Positions 8,858 to 19,273 of a stretch of DNA of 64,000 nt are shown one piece after another; the first letter of the stretch is position 1; the number at the start of each line of letters is the position of its first letter. Source of the stretch: an uncultured Acidobacteriaceae bacterium (lineage in GTDB: Bacteria > Acidobacteriota > Terriglobia > Terriglobales > Acidobacteriaceae). The stretch is taken from positions 40,205-104,204 of the forward strand of contig CAWDNK010000006.1 in the NCBI GenBank assembly GCA_963803645.1. The letters are read 5' to 3'. The notes under the pieces were generated by a model. That model ran no database searches. It was not told the DNA's origin and worked only from the letters and a program-made list of their open reading frames with translations. Both the position numbers and the translations under genes were made by a program.

Positions 8858-8894
8858 GAATAAAACCCGGCCCCGCGCGCAGGCTGGACCGGGC
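8858..8894 (-). terminator. Rho-independent terminator downstream of mdh
   Basis: On the minus strand: CCCGGTCC ... GGGCCGGG stem (1 mismatch) followed by TTTTATTCT, about 30 nt after the mdh stop. Confidence 0.6.
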
Positions 8895-8921
8895 AGTTGA
8901 TTGACAGGTCAGGACCTCGAG

Positions 8922-9884
<963 letters not shown>

Positions 9885-9910
9885 TCACAGGGAACACAGA
9901 GGGCACAGGG
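9885..9910. repeat. Dispersed CACAGAG-type intergenic repeat, copy 1
   Basis: TCACAGGGAACACAGAGGGCACAGGG closely matches the reverse complement of 26696-26724 and, more loosely, of 56768-56797. Confidence 0.6.
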
Positions 9911-9916
9911 TAAGGC

Positions 9917-11335
9917 TTAGTCCGCGGCGACGCCCACCTGCATATTTTCGATCATGCTGGTCGCGAATTCGCTGGTCTTCACTTTAGTCGCGCCTTCCAT
10001 CAGGCGCTCGAAATCGTAGGTTACTTTTCTCTGTTCGATGGTGCGCTCGAGGCTTCGCTCGATCAGGTCGGCAGCCTCGATCCAGCCGAGGAAGCGGAAC
10101 ATCATTACGCCAGACAGGATGACCGAGCCGGGGTTGATAACGTCTTTGTCGGCATATTTGGGCGCGGTGCCGTGGGTGGCTTCGAAGATCGCGTAGCCAT
10201 CGCCGATATTGGCGCCGGGTGCGATGCCGAGTCCGCCCACCTGGGCCGCGCACGCGTCGGAAATATAATCGCCGTTGAGATTGGGCGTGGCCAGCACGCT
10301 GTATTCGTCGGCGCGGGTTACGATCTGCTGGAAGATCGAATCCGCGATGCGGTCGTTGATCAGGAGCTTGCTCTTCCATGCGCCGTGTCCATGCGTGGCG
10401 TAGATGCAGTCGAGACAGTCTTTTACTTCTTGATATAAAGCCTTGCGGAAGTCGTCGGTCGCAAACTCGAGGCCCGGTTCGATCAGAAGCGCGTTCTGCT
10501 CGACCGTGAGGTTCGGATTCTTATCCTTGTTGTCGATGATCCAGCTCTCGCGCTCGGTGATGACCTGGCTGCGGAACTCTTCGGTGGCAAGTTCGTATCC
10601 CCACTTGCGGAACGCGCCTTCGGTGAATTTCTGAATGTTGCCTTTGTGAACAAGCGTTACGCTCTTGCAATTATTTTCAAGCGCGTGCTCGATTGCCATA
10701 CGCACGAGGCGTTTGGTGCCGGTGATTGAGATCGGCTTGATGCCGACGCCGGAGTCGAGGCGGATTTGTTTCTTGCCGCCCTTCAGCATGTCTTTGTTGA
10801 TGAATTCGATGAGACGCGTGCAATCCGCCGTACCTTCCTCCCATTCAATTCCGGCGTAAACGTCTTCGGTATTCTCGCGGAAGATGACCAGATCCATGCG
10901 CTCGGGATGCTTCACGGGCGAAGGCACGCCGCTGTAATACTTGACCGGGCGCACGCAGGAATAGAGGTCTAGGATCTGGCGCAGCGCGACGTTGAGTGAG
11001 CGGATACCGCCTCCGACGGGCGTTGTGAGCGGCCCCTTGATGGCGACGCGAAACTCGCGGATGGCGGCGATGGTGTCGTCGGGCAACCAGTTCTGAAATT
11101 TAGCCTTGGCTTTTTCGCCCGCGAAGACTTCATACCAGGCGACCGCGCGCTTGCCTTCGTACGCTTTTTCAACCGCCGCGTCGAAAACACGGACAGACGC
11201 TTTCCAGATGTCGCGGCCGGTGCCGTCGCCCTCGATGAAAGGGATGATTGGGCGGTCGGGCACGCGATACTTGCCGTCACTGTATGCGATCTTCTGGCCG
11301 TTCGGCGGCACCGGAACTCCGTTGTATTGCGTCAT
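9917..11335 (-). CDS. icd: NADP-dependent isocitrate dehydrogenase (homodimeric type)
   Basis: [31 protein letters not shown] and [11 protein letters not shown] motifs. Start set at MTQYNG (11335); the upstream part of the ORF looks non-coding. Confidence 0.93.
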   Translation of the reverse strand: MTQYNGVPVPPNGQKIAYSDGKYRVPDRPIIPFIEGDGTGRDIWKASVRVFDAAVEKAYEGKRAVAWYEVFAGEKAKAKFQNWLPDDTIAAIREFRVAIKGPLTTPVGGGIRSLNVALRQILDLYSCVRPVKYYSGVPSPVKHPERMDLVIFRENTEDVYAGIEWEEGTADCTRLIEFINKDMLKGGKKQIRLDSGVGIKPISITGTKRLVRMAIEHALENNCKSVTLVHKGNIQKFTEGAFRKWGYELATEEFRSQVITERESWIIDNKDKNPNLTVEQNALLIEPGLEFATDDFRKALYQEVKDCLDCIYATHGHGAWKSKLLINDRIADSIFQQIVTRADEYSVLATPNLNGDYISDACAAQVGGLGIAPGANIGDGYAIFEATHGTAPKYADKDVINPGSVILSGVMMFRFLGWIEAADLIERSLERTIEQRKVTYDFERLMEGATKVKTSEFATSMIENMQVGVAAD

Positions 11336-11494
11336 GGTTGCGCCTCCGCAAATCCAAAAAGGTTGAAAAGTAATTATAAAGAATAACGGCGGGCGCGGAG
11401 GAGTTCGACGCGTCTTATCACGGCGTACGCTGAGGCATGCCACAGGGGCTTGATTGACGAGCGGCAGTCGTCGGCAGCCGTTTGTGAAGGCGAG

Positions 11495-11519
11495 AGAGAC
11501 GGGGCAGGCCTCCGTCTCT
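11495..11519. repeat. GAGACG...CGTCTCTAC GC-rich hairpin element, copy A
   Basis: AGAGACGG (11495-11502) pairs with CCGTCTCT (11512-11519). Near-identical core to the element at 29466-29489. Confidence 0.55.
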
Positions 11520-11540
11520 ACGCCGCATTTGATCCAAGTT

Positions 11541-12065
11541 CTAGCGTTCGATCTTCACCGACTTAACAACCACATCGTTGCTGGGGCGGTCTTGGCGATT
11601 GCGAGGAGCTTTTGATATTTTTTCGACCACGTCATAGCCCTCGACGACCTCGCCGAAGATGGTGTGCTTGCCGGTCAGCCATTCGGTGTTGCCGACCGTG
11701 ATGAAGAACTGCGAGCCGTTGGTGTTGGGGCCGGCGTTCGCCATGGCGAGTTTGCCGGATTTGTCGAAGCGGTGCGGCGAGCCCTTGGTTTCATCCTCGA
11801 ATTGATAGCCCGGGCCGCCCATGCCCGTGCCTTGCGGATCTCCGCCCTGAATCATGAAGTCGGGGATCACGCGGTGGAAAATTGTGCCGTGATAAAGCGG
11901 ATCTTTTGATTTCTTGCGCGTCGATGGATGCGTCCACTCGCGTTTGCCCTCGGCGAGGTCGGTGAAGTTGGCAACGGTTTTGGGTGCGTCCTTTTCAAAC
12001 AGGCGGCACACGATTGTGCCCTCGCTGGTGTCGAAAACGGCGTAGGTTCCGGGGGTGCGGGTCAT
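11541..12065 (-). CDS. ppiB: Peptidyl-prolyl cis-trans isomerase, cyclophilin type (cytoplasmic)
   Basis: [15 protein letters not shown] and GSQFFIT motifs. No signal peptide. SD AAGGAGA lies before ATG 12065. Confidence 0.9.
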   Translation of the reverse strand: MTRTPGTYAVFDTSEGTIVCRLFEKDAPKTVANFTDLAEGKREWTHPSTRKKSKDPLYHGTIFHRVIPDFMIQGGDPQGTGMGGPGYQFEDETKGSPHRFDKSGKLAMANAGPNTNGSQFFITVGNTEWLTGKHTIFGEVVEGYDVVEKISKAPRNRQDRPSNDVVVKSVKIER

Positions 12066-12169
12066 GAGTCTCCTTAAATATTGCGTGATGTTGGGCGAAC
12101 GAAATTCCAAGATATCGAAAAAACCAGACTACCTGGTGTAGGCGCTCTTAAATGCAAAACCTAGAATTG

Positions 12170-12826
12170 CTATGTTCCTGTCGGCCTCTTCGCCGCCGGC
12201 CTGGCAGCGGCTGCGCCAGCGTGCTTGATTTCAATGTGCGTGATCTTGACTGGCCTGAAGGGGCGATCGTTGCTGGGGTCGCGGTCCATGCGGGCGATTT
12301 TCTTGACGAGTTCAACCGCTGCCTCATCACACTGGCCGAATATGGTATAGCCGCCGCTGAGATGCGCGCTGTGCGCCACATCTTCGGTGATGAAGAACTG
12401 CGAGCCATTGGTGTCAGGACCGGAATTCGCGTAGGCCAGGCGGCCGGGGCGGTCGAACTTAAGGTCCGAGGGCGTTTCGTTCTTGAATTTGTAGCCGGGA
12501 TCGCCCGTGCCGTCTCCGATTGGGTCGCCGCCCTGAATCATGAATTCGGGGATGACGCGGTGAAAAATGGTGCCGTCATAGAGCGGCACGCCGTGCTTCT
12601 TGGCGTGCGTGGTGGGATTCGTCCAGTCTTTGGTGCCCTCTGCGAGACCGACAAAATTCGCGACGCCGAGCGGCGCCTCCTTGGGGAAGAGCGTGCAGTG
12701 CAGCTCGCCGACAGTGGTGTGGATGATGGCAACCGGGTCGGTTGAGCCGGCCGGCTTGGCGGCCTGGGCAGCGGCGAGCGTCGACAAACAAGCGAGCAGC
12801 GTCAGTACGGAAAATAGAGTTCGCAT
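12170..12826 (-). CDS. ppiA: Peptidyl-prolyl cis-trans isomerase, cyclophilin type (secreted)
   Basis: [15 protein letters not shown] and GSQFFIT motifs. Signal peptide MRTLFSVLTLLACLSTLAAAQA when started at 12826. Confidence 0.9.
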   Translation of the reverse strand: MRTLFSVLTLLACLSTLAAAQAAKPAGSTDPVAIIHTTVGELHCTLFPKEAPLGVANFVGLAEGTKDWTNPTTHAKKHGVPLYDGTIFHRVIPEFMIQGGDPIGDGTGDPGYKFKNETPSDLKFDRPGRLAYANSGPDTNGSQFFITEDVAHSAHLSGGYTIFGQCDEAAVELVKKIARMDRDPSNDRPFRPVKITHIEIKHAGAAAARPAAKRPTGT

Positions 12827-12941
12827 CAGGACTCCTGTGGGGAATTTGCGTATTTGATTGTACGACAAGGCGAGCGAGTTGAGCACACCGGCCGCGCAGT
12901 TCTCACGACCGCAGGCGAGACGCTGCACTCTAATATGAGTT

Positions 12942-14180
12942 TCACTTCTTGGCGGCTTGCATCTCCCGGCTCACCCGCTCAGCCTCGGCAAATACGCGCA
13001 GCACGTTGCCGCCAAGAATTTTGCGAATGTCGTCAGCGCTATAGCCGCGGTCGACGAGCGCCTGGGTAATCTTCGGCAGGTCGGCGGCGGAGTCTATGCC
13101 CTGGGGTGTGGCGCCGCTGACGCCGTCGAAATCGGAGCCGAGGCCCACGTGGTCCACACCTGCGACTTTGGCAATGTGGTCGATGTGATCGATGAGCGAA
13201 CTGAACGGCGGGCGCGGAATCTTGGCGGCCCATTCGCGGTCGATGCGATCCAGATCGAGATAGGTTGGAGTTTTGCCTTCGGTTTTGAGTTTGTCGGTGT
13301 AGGCCTTCTCGGCGGCCGCGCGATCCCGGGCTTGCGCCTCCCTGGCTATGCGGTAGTTCTCATCGAGGAAGGCACTATAGAAGTTCACGTCGACGACTCC
13401 GCCGTTTTTGGCAACGGCACGCAGCATGTCGTCGGTCATGTTGCGCGGATGATTGCTGAGCGCGCGCGCCGAAGAATGCGAAGCGATGACTGGCGCTTTC
13501 GTTGTGGCGATCGTGTCCCAGAAAGTTTTGTCGGAGACGTGCGAGATATCGACGAGCATCCCAAGGCGATTCATCTCAAGGACAATCTGCTTGCCCCCTT
13601 CGGTCAGGCCATTGTGGTGCTCGACGTTCGGCTTGTCGATATCGCCTGAGGAGTCGGCGAACTCGTTCGTGTTCGACCAGCTCAGCGTCATGTAGCGCAC
13701 GCCCAGCCGGTAGTAATCGCGAAGCAGGTGAATATCATTTTCAATAGAGTGGCCGCCTTCGATCCCCATCAGCGCGGCAAGCTTGTGCTGGCGGTGCGCG
13801 CGCTCGATGTCGGCTACGCTGAAGGCCATCATCATGCGATCGGGATGGCGCGCCGCCTGCTCGTAAACGGAGTCGATGAGATCGAGCGTATGGCGGGCGA
13901 AGTGGCCCTGATTGGTTTCCGGCTCGACCCAGATGGAGAAAAATTCAGCGCCCAGATTGCCGGCTTGGGCTTTCTCGAGGCTGATGTGACCGTGATCGCT
14001 CGGATCGGTCGACCCCATATCAAAGTTCTCGTCGAGAAAGCGCTGCGGCGTGTCGGCGTGCGTGTCTATGACGATCGCAGAATTGTGGATTGCACGGGCT
14101 TTGGTTGTGACGGTGGTCTGCGCGTGAACGGGCAGAACAAGTGTGAGCGAGAGAAGTAAAGCTGGCAGCCGACTCTTCAT
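12942..14180 (-). CDS. Membrane (renal-type) dipeptidase, peptidase family M19, secreted
   Basis: VIDTHADTP zinc-ligand motif, plus ...SHSSARAL... and DFDG. Signal peptide from MKSRLPALLL (start 14180). Confidence 0.85.
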   Translation of the reverse strand: MKSRLPALLLSLTLVLPVHAQTTVTTKARAIHNSAIVIDTHADTPQRFLDENFDMGSTDPSDHGHISLEKAQAGNLGAEFFSIWVEPETNQGHFARHTLDLIDSVYEQAARHPDRMMMAFSVADIERAHRQHKLAALMGIEGGHSIENDIHLLRDYYRLGVRYMTLSWSNTNEFADSSGDIDKPNVEHHNGLTEGGKQIVLEMNRLGMLVDISHVSDKTFWDTIATTKAPVIASHSSARALSNHPRNMTDDMLRAVAKNGGVVDVNFYSAFLDENYRIAREAQARDRAAAEKAYTDKLKTEGKTPTYLDLDRIDREWAAKIPRPPFSSLIDHIDHIAKVAGVDHVGLGSDFDGVSGATPQGIDSAADLPKITQALVDRGYSADDIRKILGGNVLRVFAEAERVSREMQAAKK

Positions 14181-14330
14181 GATCGGATAGAAATTGTATA
14201 CGAAGAAGAGGCGAACTGAAGAGTCCGCGTTTCTTTTGGCCAATGAATTCGAACCGACGGTTCCTCTCGGCTCGAAACTCGCGACGCGCAGCTTTCTTTT
14301 GTTAGAGGGCTTAGTTCGAGAGTTGGAGGT

Positions 14331-15104
14331 TTAGTTCGAGGCGCCGGCGGCGTCGGCAGTCTCTTCGGCAGGGTGCGTCGGCTGATGCGACGGCAATAGC
14401 GTCTGTGTCTGGCGCCATTCTTCATAGCGGTCGGAGACCATGATGTGGAAGCACCAGTGGCGGCGCTCTTCTTCGGGTTCAACCAGGCCGATAGCGCGCA
14501 GATAGAAAAGATACGACTCAACGAAACGAATCTGTTCCCGGTTCATGCCTCGGCGTTGGAGGTCGACGGTGATGCCGGCCAGGTGCGATGAGGCGGTTTC
14601 GCCCTCGGCGGGCGCGGCGTTGCGATTGCGGCGCCGAAGCTTTTTCTGGACCTTGACGGTGCGAACCGCCGAGTTCAACTGAATTTGCTCATGAAAACGG
14701 TTGTAATAAACCTCGGACAGGTCCTGAACAAAATCGCGCGCCCAGACACGGCAATAGCGGCGTGATGGATCGAGGCTGGGTTCGATGCGCAACGTCTCGC
14801 TCGCTTCGAGCGGAACCAGCTCACCTGCGGCCTTCAACTCTTCGAGCTGCGCGTCATCGACGATGCGCGGAAGTTGCAGGCGGTCGATCTCTTCATTTTG
14901 GCGGAGCAGGGAATCGTGCGAAGGACGAAAAAGCGGATTCCAGAGAATGCCGCGAAAGCGGTGCAGGGGATGGCGCGAGCGCACCACGCGATGGTGCGGG
15001 TCGACGCTGTGCAGGCCAAATAACACCGGCGCGCAAACCAAGAGTGCAAGCAGCGCGAGCAGCTTTGTCGACCGTGCTACGAAGTGGCCTGTCCCGTGGG
15101 TCAT
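14331..15104 (-). CDS. Hypothetical membrane-anchored protein with LAS/M15 (VanY/VanX-like) metallopeptidase-type motif
   Basis: N-terminal TM/signal segment. SSHLAGITVDL fits the SxHxxGxAxD-type zinc-ligand motif of LAS peptidases (T in place of A). Confidence 0.5.
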   Translation of the reverse strand: MTHGTGHFVARSTKLLALLALLVCAPVLFGLHSVDPHHRVVRSRHPLHRFRGILWNPLFRPSHDSLLRQNEEIDRLQLPRIVDDAQLEELKAAGELVPLEASETLRIEPSLDPSRRYCRVWARDFVQDLSEVYYNRFHEQIQLNSAVRTVKVQKKLRRRNRNAAPAEGETASSHLAGITVDLQRRGMNREQIRFVESYLFYLRAIGLVEPEEERRHWCFHIMVSDRYEEWRQTQTLLPSHQPTHPAEETADAAGASN

Positions 15105-15424
15105 AGGCCTTAGGCGATAGGGGAAACCCCGATGGTCGCCGAAGGTGCGGCAATTGTAACCTAGCGGTCAAAATATGTGGGAAGGGAATCGCCGTAAACG
15201 GCATTACGGAAGAGAGTTACGGGGTAACCGAGCGCTGGGTACCGGCTCTGGGCACGGGTTTTAAGCCCTTTCGAACGCTGTATTTGGGACCCTGCCCTGC
15301 CGGCATTTGATCTCTTCGGACTTGAGCTCACCATGGGCTAATGACGGCAGCGCGCGGCTCGTCTGTAGCTGCGTTGGGCAACTTTGCTAACGCTAAGGCG
15401 TCAGCTTCGCCGGCGCAAACTTGC

Positions 15425-16177
15425 TCATTTTCTGAACAAATCTCCGATCGCCTGCTTCATCACCTGGCCACCGACCTCGGAGATCGACTTGGTCAGCGGA
15501 ATGTCTTTCGGGCAAATCTCCACACAGTTTTGGGCGTAGCCGCATTCCTGAATGCCGCCGTCTCCCATGAGGGCCGAAAGGCGCTCCCGCATGAGGGCCG
15601 CGCCGGTGGGATGCGTATTGAACAGCCGCACCTGCGAGATCGTGGCCGCGCCGACGAAGCCCGTGCCTTCAGTGAACTGCGGGCAGGCCTCCATGCAGCA
15701 GCAGCACGAGATGCAGCGCGAGAGCGGGTAAGCCTGCTCCTGCGCCTCGGCCGTCTGGCGCGGACCGGGACCAAGGTCGTAAGTGCCATCAACCGGCACC
15801 CAGGCTTTCACCTTCTTCAGGTTCTCGAAGAGCACGCTGCGGTCGACAGCAAGATCGCGCACCACGGGAAACTTCGAAAACGGCTCAAGCTTGATCGGCT
15901 TATCGAGATGATCGAGCAGCGCCGAGCAAGCCATGCGGGCCTTGCCATTGATGATCATGGCGCAAGATCCGCAGACCTCCTCCAGGCAATTCGAGTCGTA
16001 GGTGATGGGCGTAGTCTTTTTGCCATCGCGCGTGACCGGATTGGCCGCGATATCCATAAGCGCCGAAGTGATGTTCATATTCGGCCGGTGGGTGATTTCA
16101 AATTCCTCCCACGTCGCGGAGGCGTCGGGGGTGAGTTGGCGTTTTATTTTGATGATTACGGTTTTATCGTTAGCCAT
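15425..16177 (-). CDS. sdhB: Succinate dehydrogenase / fumarate reductase iron-sulfur subunit
   Basis: 2Fe-2S motif CLEEVCGSCAM, plus cluster motifs CISCCCCMEACP and C...CVEICP. Confidence 0.93.
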   Translation of the reverse strand: MANDKTVIIKIKRQLTPDASATWEEFEITHRPNMNITSALMDIAANPVTRDGKKTTPITYDSNCLEEVCGSCAMIINGKARMACSALLDHLDKPIKLEPFSKFPVVRDLAVDRSVLFENLKKVKAWVPVDGTYDLGPGPRQTAEAQEQAYPLSRCISCCCCMEACPQFTEGTGFVGAATISQVRLFNTHPTGAALMRERLSALMGDGGIQECGYAQNCVEICPKDIPLTKSISEVGGQVMKQAIGDLFRK

Positions 16178-16191
16178 TAGCTTCTAGCCTT

Positions 16192-16392
16192 TTAGCTCCT
16201 AGCTCTTTGCTTCAACGCCCGGTTGAGCCACACAATTAGCGCAAAGGCCCAGACCGGCAAGAGGAACCATCCAAGGTCATTGTGGTGAACAATCATCCGG
16301 AGAGCCTCGGCGATCCAAATGGCTGCCACTGAAAACCCCAAAGCGAGATATTTTCGAGAATACGAATGCCCGCTATTTAGCGACTCGAACAT
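16192..16392 (-). CDS. Small two-TM membrane protein encoded between sdhA and sdhB (hypothetical)
   Basis: 66-codon ORF fills the sdhA-sdhB gap (10 nt after the sdhA stop, 14 nt before the sdhB ATG). Two hydrophobic helices. Weak SD, lower GC. Confidence 0.4.
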   Translation of the reverse strand: MFESLNSGHSYSRKYLALGFSVAAIWIAEALRMIVHHNDLGWFLLPVWAFALIVWLNRALKQRARS

Positions 16393-16402
16393 ATCGACAA
16401 TC

Positions 16403-18169
16403 TCAATACTTCCTCGGCCGCGGCGGAATCAGACTCGCGTCCACCGCTTCGAACTCAAACTTTGGCTCATCCGCATCCGGCGCGAATGTCGCCTTTGTCG
16501 TCTTCATCCAGTTCTTGTCGTCGCGCTCCGGAAAATCCGGCTTGTAGTGCGAACCGCGCGATTCGTCTCGCATCGCTGCTCCTTGCGCGATTACTCGCGA
16601 CAATTGCAGCATGTTGTAGAGCTGGCGCGCAAAGGCGACTGTCGTGTTCGCCCACTGCGTGCGGTCGCTTAGGTTGATGTTTTTGAAACGGTGCAGCATG
16701 TCGACGATCTTGGCATCCGCTTCCAGGCACTTCTTGTTGTAGCGGATGACCGTGCAGTTCGCGGTCATCAACTCGCCCAGCTCGCGCCAGATCAGAAATG
16801 GATTTTCGTTGCCGTCGGCCTTCATCAGGCCGTCGTTAATTTCCTGCTGCCGCTTTCGTTCCGCGTCGAAATGGCCATTCCCCGGCGCGGGTTGCAGGTT
16901 CTTTGCGTACAGCACTGCCGCCGGTCCGGATACAAACCCGCCAAAAATGCATGAGACCAACGAATTCGCGCCCAGCCGATTTGCGCCGTGATACTGATAG
17001 TCGGCTTCGCCCGCGGCATAAATGCCAGGAATGTTCGTCGCCTGCTTGTAGTCGATCCACATGCCGCCCATCGTGTAATGCATGCCGGGGAAAATTTTCA
17101 TGGGCGTTTCGCGCGGGTCGTCGCCGACGAACTTCTCGTAGATCTCGAGAATGCCTTCGAGCTTCTTGTCGAGAATCTTGCGATCAATATGCGTCAGGTC
17201 GAGATAGACCATCGGCTTGCCGTCGATGCCGAGGTTGAGCTCGAAGACGACTTTGAAGATGGCGCGCGTCGCGATGTCGCGCGGCACTAGATTGCCATAT
17301 TTCGGATACCACTCTTCCAGGAAATACCAGCGCTCGCTCTCCGGAATTGATTTCGGATCGCGCTTGTCGCCCTGCGTCTTCGGAACCCAGACGCGGCCAC
17401 CTTCGCCGCGGGCGGATTCCGACATGAGGCGCAGTTTGTCTTCTCCGGGAATGCATGTGGGATGCACCTGAATGAACTCTCCGTTCGCGTAATAGCAGCC
17501 CTGCTGATAAAGCGCCGACTGCGCCGAGCCCGTGCAGACGACCGAGTTCGTCGACTTCCCGAAAATGGCCCCGATGCCGCCGGTCGCAATAATGATGGCG
17601 TCGGCGGGGAAAGTGCGAATCTCCATGGTGCGCAGGTCCATCGCGCAGATGCCGCGACAGGTGCGGGTTCCATCAAGTACGGCCGAGAGAAACTCCCAGT
17701 GCTCATACTTCTTGACTTTGCCTTCGGACTCGTACCTCCGAACCTGCTCATCGAGCGCGTAAAGCAGTTGCTGACCGGTGGTCGCTCCCGCAAACGCCGT
17801 GCGGTTATACAACGTCCCGCCGAAGCGGCGGAAATCCAGCAGGCCTTCCGGCGTGCGATTGAAAGGGACGCCCATGCGATCGAGCAGGTCGATGATGCCG
17901 GGGGCAGCGTCACACATGTTTTTAACGGGCGGCTGGTTGGCCAAAAAGTCGCCGCCAAAAATGGTGTCGTCGAAGTGCTTGTAAGTAGAATCGCCTTCGC
18001 CCTTCAGGTTCTTGGCGGCGTTGATGCCGCCCTGCGCGCATACCGAGTGCGAACGCTTCACCGGGACAATCGAGAAGAGGTCAACCTCGCCACCCATTTC
18101 GGCGATCTTGATTACGGCGGCCAGGCCGGCGAGGCCTCCACCTACGACGATGATTCTTGGTGCTGCCAT
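16403..18169 (-). CDS. sdhA: Succinate dehydrogenase / fumarate reductase flavoprotein subunit
   Basis: FAD fold IIVVGGGLAGLAA, histidyl-FAD region RSHSVCAQGGINAA, and RLGANSL. Start set at MAAPRI (18169). Confidence 0.95.
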   Translation of the reverse strand: MAAPRIIVVGGGLAGLAAVIKIAEMGGEVDLFSIVPVKRSHSVCAQGGINAAKNLKGEGDSTYKHFDDTIFGGDFLANQPPVKNMCDAAPGIIDLLDRMGVPFNRTPEGLLDFRRFGGTLYNRTAFAGATTGQQLLYALDEQVRRYESEGKVKKYEHWEFLSAVLDGTRTCRGICAMDLRTMEIRTFPADAIIIATGGIGAIFGKSTNSVVCTGSAQSALYQQGCYYANGEFIQVHPTCIPGEDKLRLMSESARGEGGRVWVPKTQGDKRDPKSIPESERWYFLEEWYPKYGNLVPRDIATRAIFKVVFELNLGIDGKPMVYLDLTHIDRKILDKKLEGILEIYEKFVGDDPRETPMKIFPGMHYTMGGMWIDYKQATNIPGIYAAGEADYQYHGANRLGANSLVSCIFGGFVSGPAAVLYAKNLQPAPGNGHFDAERKRQQEINDGLMKADGNENPFLIWRELGELMTANCTVIRYNKKCLEADAKIVDMLHRFKNINLSDRTQWANTTVAFARQLYNMLQLSRVIAQGAAMRDESRGSHYKPDFPERDDKNWMKTTKATFAPDADEPKFEFEAVDASLIPPRPRKY

Positions 18170-18210
18170 CTGCTTATGAATCCTATCTGCCGGTTTGTAC
18201 GGCTGATGCA

Positions 18211-18231
18211 CCGAGGGCGAGACGCCCTCGG
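18211..18231. other. Perfect 9-bp GC-rich hairpin in the sdhC-sdhA intercistronic spacer
   Basis: CCGAGGGCG-AGA-CGCCCTCGG. It is followed by a second imperfect hairpin, GCCGGCAAGATGCCGAC (about 18236-18252). Confidence 0.6.
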
Positions 18232-18343
18232 GACAGCCGGCAAGATGCCGACGCTACAAATTCGTTGACTGCCGCACATATCTCCGCCAACTCCGCGCTC
18301 ACCTTATCGAACGATATTCTGCGAGCTCGAATCGAGAGGCTGA

Positions 18344-19039
18344 TTAGGGAGCGCTTAAGAATCCATACATGCTCGCTGCCCCCAGACCGATCAATCCGAG
18401 AGCCAGTAGCAGGCACAGGTAGCCCAGCCGTCGTCGCGCTGTTTCGCCAGTGGTGATGCCCCACTTAGCGCAGAAGAGCCACACGCCATACGCGAAATGC
18501 CATGACGCCGCAATGATCCCGATCGCGTAAAAAGCGATCATCCAGAGATGCTGGAATTCGCCCTGCACCTTGGCGAAAGCATCCATGGGGTGCGTGGGCA
18601 GGTGCACACCGGTGAAGCGCAAAGAGTATGTGTGCTGGATCATATAGATGAAGGCGATGATGCCCGTCCAGCGCTGCGAGGTATAAAGCCAGTTGCCCTC
18701 CCATGGATAGGCCCTGATATTCGAATCGCCGCGCCACCAGATGTAAACGCCGTAGAGGCCGTGGTAGAGGATCGGAATCCAGATAAAGAAAATCTCCATC
18801 GCAAGAACGAACGGCAGGCTGTTCAGAAACGCGACTTGTCTGCCATAGGCTTCGGGTCCGTGGAAGGCCTCGAAGTTCGAGATGAAGTGCTCCAGCAGAA
18901 ATGCGCCGATGGGCACGATGCCGGAGAGCGAATGCAGGCGGCGCAGCAGAAACGAATTGCCCTCGCCCGCTCGCAAGGGAGCGACTCCAGGCTTGATGGT
19001 GGGAGCAGCGTGGCTGGCAGTTGCGGCCAAAGGGAGCAC
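18344..19039 (-). CDS. sdhC: Succinate dehydrogenase cytochrome b subunit (single five-helix b558-type anchor)
   Basis: About 5 TM helices with conserved His residues. Position at the head of the sdhA/sdhB operon. GTG 19039 or TTG 19030 start (SD AAGGAG). Confidence 0.8.
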   Translation of the reverse strand: MLPLAATASHAAPTIKPGVAPLRAGEGNSFLLRRLHSLSGIVPIGAFLLEHFISNFEAFHGPEAYGRQVAFLNSLPFVLAMEIFFIWIPILYHGLYGVYIWWRGDSNIRAYPWEGNWLYTSQRWTGIIAFIYMIQHTYSLRFTGVHLPTHPMDAFAKVQGEFQHLWMIAFYAIGIIAASWHFAYGVWLFCAKWGITTGETARRRLGYLCLLLALGLIGLGAASMYGFLSAP

Positions 19040-19273
19040 TCCTTATTGGTTCAAAGTAAAAAGGGCAACCCATGATTATCTGTGCGCTGCGGAACCTGCG
19101 TCAAGGAGGGGCTTGATCACTGGCCTCCGTGACCACGCGAGCGACGTTCGTCACGGTCAGCTCGAAGTCAGGATTCGATTGACATCGAACGCCAGTAGCG
19201 TTACAGCTTCTTTCAGACGTCGGTGTGGGCCGCCGGACCGACAAGGTTGCGGGGAGTTTCGAAAGGACGAGTC

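Noticed and set aside
14237-14310. tRNA-like 3' fragment (reverse complement contains GGTTCGAATTC...GGCCA) in the spacer upstream of the M19 dipeptidase gene.
   Set aside because: No T-stem pairing, no matching acceptor stem and no anticodon arm could be drawn. It is most likely a chance match, and there are no flanking integrase or att-like repeats.
16178-16212. TAGC-rich spacer (TTAGCTTCTAGCCTTTTAGCTCCTAGCTC) between the small ORF and sdhB, considered as a distinct repeat family together with 31360-31386.
   Set aside because: The similarity between the two sites is limited to short TAGC/AGCT words, so I could not align them convincingly as copies of one element.
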